Shown: positions 1-8,169 of the stretch, one piece after another
Layout: the number at the start of each line of letters is the position of its first letter
Numbering within the stretch: the stretch's first letter is position 1
Source of the DNA: Azolla caroliniana
Lineage: Eukaryota > Plantae > Polypodiophyta
Assembly: GCA_043228905.1 (NCBI GenBank)
Contig: JBHGNT010001140.1
Coordinates: forward strand, 1-11,661
DNA length: 11,661 nt
Reading direction: 5' to 3'
Translations under genes and position numbers: made by a program
Notes under the pieces: model-generated
What the model was told of the DNA's origin: nothing
Seen by the model: only the letters and a program-made list of their open reading frames with translations
Database searches by the model: none

Positions 1-1
1 T

Positions 2-1746
2 GCCGAACCGGCTGAAGAAGAAGTAGAGGAAGCTGAAACCGGAACTGGCCAAGACCCCGAATCAGATTCGGATGAAGAGCAAATGGAGGAGCCGGTTACC
101 AAAGCCCAAAGACAGAGATATCCTCTCAGAGAGAGAAGGGCCCCCCGAAGATTTTTGGATGCAGAGCATGTGCTGCTGACCGATGAGGGGGAGCCAGAAA
201 GCTTCGAGGAAGCTAAAAGTGACGCCCACATCCACAAATGGTTAAGTGCAATGCAGGATGAGATGGATTCCCTGCATGAGAACCATACGTACGAATTGAT
301 GGAGTTGCCGAAAGGAAAGCGGGCACTCCGAAACAAGTGGGTGTACAAGTTGAAACCAGGAGATGCCAGCAACCCTCCGAGATACAAAGCTAGGATCGTG
401 GTGAAGGGGTTCCAACAGAAGAAGGGCGTGGACTTCGACGAGATATTTGCCTCGGTAGTAAAGATGACCTCCATCCGGACGGTGCTGAGTATAGCGGCAA
501 GCATGGACCTCGAGGTAGAGCAGTTGGACGTGAAGACGACATTCCTTCACGGTGACCTTGAAGAGGAGATCTACATGCAGCAACCTGAAGGATTCGTGGA
601 GAAAGGGAAGGAGCACCTGGTATGCCGGTTGAAGAAGAGCCTGTACAGACTGAAGCAAGCTCCCCGGCAGTGGTACCGGAAGTTCGACTCCTTCATGACC
701 GATCAAGGGTGCCACAAGACGCAGGCCGATCACTGCATGTTTGTGAGGAAGTTCGAAGGAGGCGACTTCTTGATACTCCTTTTGTACGTGGATGCCATGT
801 TGATCGTCGGGCGGGACCAAGCCAAAATACGGATGTTGAAGAAGGCTCTTAACCGGACCTTCTCAATGCAAGACAGATGTTGGGGATGCATATCATTCGG
901 AACCGGCCAACGAAGTAGTTCTGGCTGTCACAAGAGAAATATGTGACAAAGGTGCTTCAACGGTTCAACATGTTAGAAGCAAAACCGGTCGGATCGACAC
1001 TCCCGACAAACTGCAAATTATCCGGTAAGCAAAGTCCGAAGATGAAAGCAGAGAAGGCTGATATGATGAAGGTTCCATATGCCTCTGCCGTCGGGAGCTT
1101 AATGTACGCAATGGTGTGTACCCGACTGGATATAGGATACGCAGTCGGAGTGGTGAGCCGGTTTATGAGCAATCCCGGCAACGAGCACTGGAATGTGGTC
1201 AAATGGATACTCCGGTACTTGAAGGGCACTTCGAATATGTGTCTCCGATTCGGCTCCGATAAACCTCAACTTGATGGTTTTACCGATTCGGACATGTCGG
1301 CTGATGTGGATACTAGCTGGTCTACATCCGGGTATGTAATGACATATGCAGGGGGAGCCGTTTCGTGGCAGTCGAGGCTGCAGAAGACAGTTGCGTTGTC
1401 AACCACGGAGGCGGAGTATATGGTGGCTGTGGAAGTCGGCAAGGAAATATTATGGATGAAGGACTTCATCGGAGAGCTTGGTATCCGACAAGATGAATAC
1501 CGGCTCTATTGCGACAGTCAAAGTGCCATCCACCTTGCTAAGAATGCGGCCTACCATTCCCGGACGAAGCATATCCAGCGAAGGTATCACTGGATCCAGG
1601 AAAGAGTAGATGACTAGGAGTTTGCGCTGACGAAGATTCACACGACCGAGAATGGGTCAGATATGTTGACCAAAGTCTTGATACCTGACAAGCTGGATGC
1701 ATGCCGGAAGCAGATCAGACTAGTGAGACATCCCATGCCGGAGTGA
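2..1746 (+). pseudogene. pol: Copia pol remnant: reverse transcriptase (RVT_2 type) and RNase H, disrupted
   Basis: ORF 83-946 has KWVYKLK, YKARIVVKGF, QLDVKTTFLHG, LKKSLYRLKQAPRQW and LLYVDA (catalytic YVDD changed to YVDA at 785-796). Frameshift at about 868-876, TAG at 916-918. ORF 943-1617 has PYASAVGSLMYAMVCTR, GFTDSD, ALSTTEAEY, CDSQSAI, HSRTKHI. After TAG 1615-1617 the frame continues (KIHTTENGSDMLTK) to TGA 1744-1746. Confidence 0.95.
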
Positions 1747-1756
1747 ATGGGGAGTT
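1745..1756 (+). other. Polypurine tract of element A
   Basis: GAATGGGGAGTT between the pol stop and LTR start TGTTAGG at 1757. Confidence 0.8.
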
Positions 1757-1806
1757 TGTTAGGAAACAGGTCCCTCCGGATGGGAAGTGAGAAGAACAGA
1801 ACATAA

Positions 1807-1908
1807 CCGGATGTGGAGTACCCGGCTACGGAAGACCCGGTGAGAACCGGATGAGGAGTACCCGGAAACGGAAGACCCGGTGAGAACCGGATGATGCAGG
1901 CCCGGTGA
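1807..1908 (+). repeat. 40-bp CCGG-rich tandem repeat in U3 of the A LTR (two full units plus a partial)
   Basis: CCGGATGTGGAGTACCCGGCTACGGAAGACCCGGTGAGAA at 1807, near-identical unit at 1847, partial at 1887. Confidence 0.9.
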
Positions 1909-1988
1909 GGAGTGCTCACCTGATGAAGGGACATATTCGTAAATATGTTTCTGAGAGTCCATCGGGGCTATATTTGTAAATAGACGAA

Positions 1989-2014
1989 AAGTCATATTAG
2001 TATAAATATGACTT
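1989..2014 (+). promoter_or_regulatory. LTR TATA box embedded in a perfect 10-bp inverted repeat
   Basis: AAGTCATATT-AGTATA-AATATGACTT; TATAAATA at 2001-2008. Also present at 3289-3314 and, with a 7-bp stem, at 8225-8246. Confidence 0.7.
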
Positions 2015-2084
2015 AGGGCAAACTTAGTCATTATGTTGTGTTATCATTCTTGTTGTTGCAAGATCAGAGAGCGTAACTGTGTAT

Positions 2085-2104
2085 AGAGAGAGAGAGAGAG
2101 AGAG
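2085..2104 (+). repeat. (AG)10 microsatellite in the A LTR
   Basis: Direct reading. Confidence 0.95.
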
Positions 2105-2379
2105 GAAGAGGTTGTTGCCTCTATTGTAACCGCTGCTTGTGGTGAAGATAGAAAGCTCGAGGTCGTTGCTTCGGTGCTTTATTGTTGTACATTGTAACAT
2201 AATGATAGTTTGCAGCCTGTGGGCTGCCATGGGTTTTCCCTGGTTTGGGTTTTCCACGTAAACATCCTGTGTACTCTTCTCTTCACTGTGTCGTGCGTTT
2301 CATTACCTGTTTTCTGTTCCTATAATTCTAGGCTCGGTTGTGGCCGAGCGTTGTTCAAGGGAGCGTGTAGTTCTTGTCA

Positions 2380-2921
2380 CATCCGAATGGATGAGATCGA
2401 GCCGGTTCTGGCTCCGATTCTTGTCATAGGTGAATGGAAGTTTATGTTGCTTCCCTAGTAGGCAAGCTTCACATATTTAGCCTCTTCGGCCACTCAACTT
2501 GGGTAGCCTGAAAACCACTTGTTTTGACTGCAGCTCGTGAAGTTTCCAAAAATTGACATGCCTGATCCGCTTGTGCCAGTGATCGATATCCGATTCAATC
2601 TTATATCCTTTGGCAAACAAGGTGGTGTCGACATCGTTGGTTTCGAGGATGAACATCCTCCCATCTCTGTGCCCTTGCGCAATTGTTTGGCCGTCTTCCT
2701 CAATGAAGCACCCGAGGTGCGTAAACCGCACCTGCATCCCCTGGTTGACGATTTGTCCAACCGACACTAGGTTCTTTGTGATTGTCGGAACGTTTAGTAC
2801 GTTCATCAGCTTCCCCCTCTGTTTGAGATGGCTTAAAGCGACTTCGCTGACGTGCACAATCGGTTGAGGAGTGTTGTCTCTGGTCTCGACTACTCCCCGT
2901 TGTTCCGGTTTCTCTAAGAAT
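2380..2921 (-). pseudogene. pol: Element B pol: protease C-part, GAG-pre-integrase/HHCC zinc finger, start of integrase core
   Basis: LEKPEQRGVVET...VLNVPTITKNLVSVGQ...HWHKRIRHVN...RRG*ICEACLLGKQHKLPF...RLDLIHSD; truncated by LTR A right after the first catalytic Asp codon. Confidence 0.9.
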
Positions 2922-3646
2922 TGACAGGAATGCTCACTCCCCTTTGCACCACACTCGGCCACAACCGAGTCTAAAATCGAAACACAGAAAAACGGATACT
3001 AAATGCACAACACAACAGAGAGAAGAGAACACAGGTTGTTAACGTGGAAAACCCAAACTAGGGAAAAACCACGGCAGCCCACATACTGCAAACTATCACT
3101 ATGTCAGAATGTACAAAATGGTAAAGCACCGAAGCAATGACCTCGAGCTTTCTATCTTCGCCACAGGCGGCGGTTACAATAGAGGCAACAACCTCTTCCT
3201 CTCTCTCTGTCTCTCTCTGTACACAGTTGCGCGCACTCTAATCTAGCGCCAACAAGAATGACAACAACACCTATACTAAGTTTGCCCTAAGTCATATTTA
3301 TACTAATATGACTTTTCAGCTATTTACAAATATAGCCTCGATGGACTCTTAGAAAACATATTTACGAATATGTCCCTTCATCCGGTGAGCACTCCTCACC
3401 GGGCCTACATCATCCGGCACTTGCCAGGCACACGTCATCCGGTTCCCACCGGGTCTTTGGTTGCCGGGTGCTCCACATCCGGTTCTCACCGGTTCTTCAC
3501 CATTCGGCTCTTGCCGGGTACTCGTCATCCGGTTCTCACTGGGTCTTCCGCAGCCGGGTAGTCCACATCCGGTTTCGGCCTCGGCCGAGTTTGCTCATCA
3601 GTACTGTTCTTCTCACTTCCCATCCGGAGGGACTTGTTTCCTAACA
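2922..3646 (-). mobile_element. Solo LTR of the element A family (725 bp) with 5-bp TSD AGAAT
   Basis: On the minus strand starts TGTTAGGAAACAAG and ends TTCCTGTCA. AGAAT at 2917-2921 and 3647-3651. Removing the LTR and one TSD restores the in-frame protease ...SHEELFSFLEKPEQ..., matching the uninterrupted paralogue at about 8750-8800. Confidence 0.96.
3396..3574 (-). repeat. Expanded CCGG-rich U3 tandem array in the solo LTR
   Basis: Repeated CATCCGGTTCTCACCGGGTCTT / GCCGGGTACTC modules, more units than at 1807-1908. Confidence 0.85.
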
Positions 3647-4400
3647 AGAATGAGAACAATTCTTCATGGCTCGTCATGTGATTCGATGCTCCAGAATCAA
3701 CGTACCATACTTCCTCCGATTTGGAAATAGTCTTCTTCATCAAGTTAGCCTTGTGCTTCATCACAAAGGCTAGCCCCTTTCCGATTCTCCCAGTTCCAGA
3801 TCCTTCTAATCCTACTTTGCCCGACCTGTCTTGCCGGATCCGGATTTGTCTGAATCGGTGCGCTTCTTCCAACACTCGCTCTCCCTGTGAACCTTTTTGC
3901 CACAGTACCAACATTCCTTGTCGGCTTTTCCTTGCAGGCTTCCGGTGCGGCTTTGACTCCCCCTACTTGTGGAGGGTCTGGAACCGTTGTCGGCACGGCC
4001 GGTGTGCCTTTGGTCTTGCTCTTTCTGGCCACCTCTATTGCGTGCCGACCCACCTCGTCCACCATGCCCACACGGTCTATCTTTGCCTCCGTGTATAGCA
4101 TCTGGTTGTCCGTCCGTGCACTAGTTGATGCACCCACATGGTTCTCCTTTGCAAGGAGCATCGACTGTAGGTCGAAAAACGACGGGGTTTTCTCCCTTGT
4201 ACACACTGTCGTCCGGAAAGTTCAGAACTTAGACACCAGCTCCCAAGATAGATCTACACCATCTCGTCTTCCTCTACAGTAACGTTGATAGAGGCAAGTG
4301 AGTCACAAATCTCTTTGATCCGGGCCATGTAATCGGCCACCGACATGTCCTTTTGCCGGACATTGCTTAACTCTTGTCGGAGTTGCAGTTTCCGGGCCGT
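3647..4400 (-). pseudogene. gag: Element B gag C-half, CCHC zinc knuckle and aspartic protease active site
   Basis: TARKLQLRQELSNVRQKDMSVADYMARIKEICDSL (copia gag), ECWYCGKKVHRESECW (about 3867-3916), EVWYVDSGASNHMT (about 3672-3715). Stops and frameshifts near 4220-4256 and elsewhere. Confidence 0.92.
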
Positions 4401-4827
4401 TGTCAGGAATAGTACTAAAAAAGAGAGAGAATTAGTTCTGGAGAAGGGAAGTACTAATAGTAGTAAGAGGACGGGACTGTGTAAGACTCCGAGAGAGGAA
4501 GAGAGAAGAGGAGAGAGAGAGAGAGAGAGAGAGATGATGATAAGAAATGATATATTATATGAAGAGTAAGTACAAATGGCTATGAGCCTTAAGACTGGCA
4601 TTGAACCAATTTGGTTCAAAATAATGCCTTGTGCCTCCTTTTATAGTGTTCTCAGGAATAGTCCTGAAGCTTCTAGAATGTTGTAGAGAAATCTGGAATA
4701 TACATTAATTTCCTAATAAAACTTAAATGAAAATAATATTTTATGTATTATAATAGATGGCATAATGGTCAAGAGCTTGACCCATATAACATAAGTTCAT
4801 GGGTTCGAGTGGTGCCATATCATGACA
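4401..4827 (-). repeat. 3' LTR of element G (427 bp)
   Basis: Termini TGTCA...TGACA. Begins directly after the PPT on the minus strand; element B gag resumes at 4400. CTATAAAA (minus) at 4639-4646; (GA)12 at 4511-4534. Confidence 0.9.
4758..4812 (+). promoter_or_regulatory. tRNA-like Pol III internal promoter (A box and B box), antisense within U3 of LTR G
   Basis: A box TGGCATAATGG 4758-4768 fits TRGCNNARYGG; B box core GGTTCGAGT 4802-4810. T8-to-G53 equivalent spacing is 45 nt, as in tRNA. The last two B-box bases (GG) deviate from consensus CC. Confidence 0.55.
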
Positions 4828-7522
4828 GTATTCCCCTCTTAAGACGGCGAGTGTAACGAGTCGGCGTAGATTGAGGACCGGGTTTGTCCGGATACTGTCA
4901 GTGGAAATCAGCAAGAAGATCCTGAGCATTGGCGACATGCTCGACGGGTTCCCAAGTACGTTCGCTTGGACTATAACCGAGCCAATCGACCAAATAATAA
5001 ATTTTGTTGCGAACAAATTTGGAGTCAAGGACGGCAGCAACTTCATAATCCGGGCCGGCGTCCAACTGAAGCGGGGGCGGCATTGGTGTAACATGATTGG
5101 GAATAGTGTTTGCCTTATAAGGTTCCATTGAACTATGGAAGACTGGATGTATCTGAAGATGCGGAGGAAGATCAAGGCGGAATGTGACATCATTAACCAT
5201 ACCAGTAATACGGAAAGGACCGAGTCATAGATAATCCAACTTGTCGCACAATCGAATAGCCTTGATGTGACAACGTAAGAGCCATACTCGATCTCCGATG
5301 GCAAAAGAGGAGGGAAGCCGATGACGATCCGCATAAGTCTTTGAAGAGTAGAGAGATCCATCTGGAACTTGCGTAGCCTCTCCAAATGATCCTCAGCACG
5401 AGGATTGGTAGGTAGCTACGGGGTGTTGATCACAGACTAGCGAGGATGAGAACCAGTATAAGCGTAAAATGGGGAGACCCGAGTCGAGGAATGAATAGCG
5501 TTATTATAAGCAAACTCCACAAAGTGGAGAATATCAGCCCAATTGTCCTATTAACAATTTAGAAAACACCGGAGGAGAGGTTGCCAGAGACCTTGAGCAT
5601 ATTGAAGAGATGCTTCCAAAATTTTGAGATGAATTGAGGTCCTCAGTCACTGATGATATTGTCTGGGAGGCCATGATGCCGAAATACCTTATGCATGACA
5701 AGGGCGGCGGTTTCCTCACTAGTGATGGCCTTAGTACACGACACAAAATGTGCCATCTTAGTATATCGGTCAACAACGGTTAAGATAGCATCGAAACCCT
5801 TCGAGTCTGGTAGATCTGTGATAAAATCAAGACAAATAAACTGCCACATCTTACTTGGCATCGGTAAAGGTTCCAACAAGCCATATGGATGATGTCGTGG
5901 CATCTTTGCTTAGCAGCAAGCATCACAGGTCCGAATGTAGTCGTCGACAAAACGTGACATATGGGGCCACCAAAAAGATCATTGAACTAGATCCAACGTC
6001 TTAGTACTACCAAAATGTCTCGCTGTATGGGTGTCGTAACAATTTTGGACGATTTGAAGGTGAAGGAGCAATCGGGAACATATACGAGCTTTTTAAAGAA
6101 TAATAAACGATCATGATATTCGAATTGTCGTTAGTCTATACTTGGTTGTTGAGACTGGGAATAGGATGCCCGAGAGGGGTATCAATTTGTGCTAGAATGG
6201 TTTGGGCAAAAATGTCCATCTTTAAGTTAGCACGTATGGCATCGATAATCCAGGAATCCAATGGAGTGTGAAAAATCCGTGTTGTGTGCAAACGTGTTGG
6301 TCCCATGATTACCTGCTTTTGATTATCAAATGCTAGATCACTAGGACGAGGTGCAAGATATGAACGCCGCAATAGTGCATCTGTGTTTCCTTGTTGCTTC
6401 CCCGGTCGATATGTGATTTTGAGGTCAAAACGCGTGAGGAATTGGGCACACCGAGCTTGTCGTCGATTTAGTACACGAGTATTCTGGAAATAAGCAAGAT
6501 TTTTGTGATCATTGAAAATGATGACCTGATGTGGAGAGCCCTCTAAGAAGTGCCGCCATTGCACAAATGAATCCATGATGGCTAATAACTCCTTGTCATG
6601 TATCTCGTAATTGATTTCTGTGGCATCAAATTTGCGCGAATGGAAAGCCACAAGATGTAACTCTTCTTTATCTCCTTGTTGTGAAAGGATGCTACCGAGG
6701 GCGAAATCTGATGCATCGGCCTCCATGATGAATGGTTTGTTTGTATCCACATGAGCTAGAATAGGATCTGATGTAAAGGCTTTCTTAAGATGCTCAAAAG
6801 CCATGTTCGCTTCATTGAACCAAAGAAATGCATGTCCCTTCTTCGTAAGTTGTGTGAGAGGTAAAATAATCTTCGAGTAAGCTTGTATAAACTTGCGGTA
6901 GAAGTTAGCAAAACCTAGGAAACATTATACATCTTGTAATGAATGTGGAGTTTGCTACTCTATCACAGTTTTGACTTTAGCTAGATCCATGGAAATGCCC
7001 TTTGAGGAGATGACGTAGCCTAGAAATTCCACTTGCTTGAAGTCAAAGCTACATTTTTCTAGTGTTGCATAAAGACCATTCTCTTGGAGTCGTTTTAGTA
7101 CTAATAGTACATGAGAATCATGCTCTTCCTCAGTCTTTGAATAAATCAATAGATCATCTAGATAGATGATCAAACAGATATTCAAGAGGCCTCTGAATAT
7201 ATCATTTGCCATGTGTTGGAAGACTGTGGGCGCATTGGTTAGACCGAACGGCATAACGGTATACTCGAAATGCCCATACCGCGTGCGAAAGGCGGTTTGA
7301 TCTACACGAGGTTATACGCTCCTCGTAGGTCGATTTTTGTAAAAAACTTGGCACCATTTACTTGCTCTAAAAGACTTGATATAAGAGGAAGTGCATGCCT
7401 ATTCTTGATGGTGACCGTATTCAAGCCGCGATAATCGATGACGAGAAGAAGTGATCCATCTTTCTTCTTCACAAAGAAGATAGGTGCACCGGCCGGATAT
7501 TTCGAATGACGAATAAACTTGC
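4820..7522 (-). pseudogene. pol: Gypsy pol remnant: RT (about 6840-7522), RNase H (about 6350-6800), integrase (about 5100-6130), chromodomain (about 4900-5060)
   Basis: [54 protein letters not shown]; EADASDFALG, NYEIHDKELLAI, NDHKNL; CLDFITDLP, VVDRYTKMAHF, PDNIISD; LGPF...IHPVFH; YEVAAVLDSK...YYLVDWLGYSPSERTWEP. Several stops, frameshifts and a deletion. Confidence 0.95.
4828..4843 (-). other. Polypurine tract of element G
   Basis: Minus strand CTTAAGAGGGGAATAC immediately before LTR start TGTCATG. Confidence 0.85.
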
Positions 7523-8123
7523 TGTCGTGAAGATCCGTCACTATGTGCGGATCGTGAGGCGGAACCACTGGGGTCCTGGACCGGAAGGATTTAAAGTTTG
7601 CACTAGCTTTAGCGAGAGAGTATTTAAGATAGATTGAAAGAGAGAGAGAGAGAGAGAGATTAAACGCTTGACTTTAGGTTGAGAGAGATCGATATGGCGT
7701 GAGAGAGATAGGAAGAGATTAAGATTGAACCCTTGACTTTAGATTTAAGAAACAAGATACATCATCAATTGGAGAACGAAATTTCTTCTTATTAATTTAT
7801 TGATTAATACATAGCCCCCTTCTTCTTTTTCATCCACTCTTTTATAGCTGCCCTCATGCATATGATGCATGTTTGCCATTTGGCGCTCATGCGTTACATG
7901 TGATGCATGATAATCATGTCACTCATTCAAGGTCTCATGTATGAGAATTTCCATGTAAACAATGATAAAAATATAATCTTTAAGGAAATGACTTGGCTTA
8001 GTGGTAAGTATATTATTTCCTATCTTGGAGGTGCAAGGTTCAAGTCTTGCTTATATCCCTTTTAAAGCACAAAATACTATTAGGCTTTTGGTCTTTGTAA
8101 TTACACCAAATATCTTTAAGACA
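7523..8123 (-). mobile_element. Element E: LTR-like sequence inserted in the RT of G; right boundary uncertain
   Basis: RT homology stops at 7522 and TGTCGTG starts at 7523 (minus-strand end ...CACGACA). Same layout as LTR G: GA tract 7639-7659, minus-strand AATAAA near 7796-7801, CTATAAAA 7840-7847, AT-rich stretch, then A/B-box cassette. No matching TSD found on the right; 8123 (…AAGACA) is only a candidate end. Confidence 0.6.
7987..8063 (+). other. tRNA-derived sequence (A box, D-arm, variable loop, T-arm/B box, T4 run); not a functional tRNA
   Basis: TGGCTTAGTGG 7994-8004; D-arm GCTT/AAGT; GAGGT; GCAAG-GTTCAAGT-CTTGC hairpin 8033-8050; TTTT 8060-8063. No anticodon stem and no proper acceptor stem. 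Confidence 0.65.
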
Positions 8124-8169
8124 CCATGCACTGCGATCAACCAATCCGTTCGACTTGCATCCGTTTGGT

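Larger units (their letters stand above)
1..2379 (+). mobile_element. Element A: Ty1/copia LTR retrotransposon (Tnt1-like), 3' half; 5' part lies outside the window
   Basis: RT then RNase H at the pol C-terminus (copia domain order), stop at 1744-1746, purine tract, then a TG...CA LTR. The flank after 2379 switches abruptly to integrase sequence of element B. Confidence 0.95.
1757..2379 (+). repeat. 3' LTR of element A (623 bp)
   Basis: Starts TGTTAGGAAACAGG directly after the PPT, ends TTCTTGTCA. Both ends are confirmed by end-to-end alignment with the TSD-bounded solo LTR at 2922-3646. TATAAATA at 2001-2008. Confidence 0.93.
2380..4400 (-). mobile_element. Element B: Ty1/copia internal region (gag C-half, protease, integrase N-terminus), interrupted by three insertions
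   Basis: Minus-strand translation gives gag, zinc knuckle, protease and integrase motifs in copia order. Bounded by LTR A at 2379 and LTR G at 4401, and split by the solo LTR. Confidence 0.92.
4401..7522 (-). mobile_element. Element G: Ty3/gypsy chromovirus (Tcn1-like), 3' half
   Basis: RT, RNase H, integrase, chromodomain order, then PPT and LTR. Clade name inferred from motif style, not from a phylogeny. Confidence 0.93.

Noticed and set aside
242-820. 192-aa minus-strand ORF and other antisense ORFs over pol/gag (for example 957-1229, 3721-4098, 8698-9186)
   Set aside because: Shadows of retroelement coding sequence with no recognisable motifs.
1618-1756. Programmed stop read-through or env-like ORF after RNase H
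   Set aside because: The segment is the normal copia RNase H C-terminus behind a nonsense mutation; only 10 nt separate the true stop from the LTR.
1807-1908. CRISPR-like appearance of the 40-bp repeats
   Set aside because: Head-to-tail units with no unique spacers, inside an LTR, no cas genes, eukaryotic context.
1757-3646. The two A LTRs as ends of one small element (TRIM) or TIRs of a DNA transposon
   Set aside because: Opposite orientation, the second has its own TSD, and the first is attached to pol through a PPT.
4254-4619. 121-aa ORF with a hydrophobic N-terminus fused to gag (possible membrane or env-like protein)
   Set aside because: Chance read-through from the TC microsatellite of LTR G into element B gag across the insertion junction.
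4741-5385. 214-aa minus-strand ORF
   Set aside because: Mostly an alternative frame of the frameshifted integrase/chromodomain region running into the LTR.
7987-8063. Functional tRNA gene
   Set aside because: No anticodon stem-loop or proper 7-bp acceptor stem; reported only as tRNA-derived.
7523-8123. Element E as a complete solo LTR
   Set aside because: Left flank CTTGC does not recur at the candidate right end (CCATG) and G's RT does not resume.
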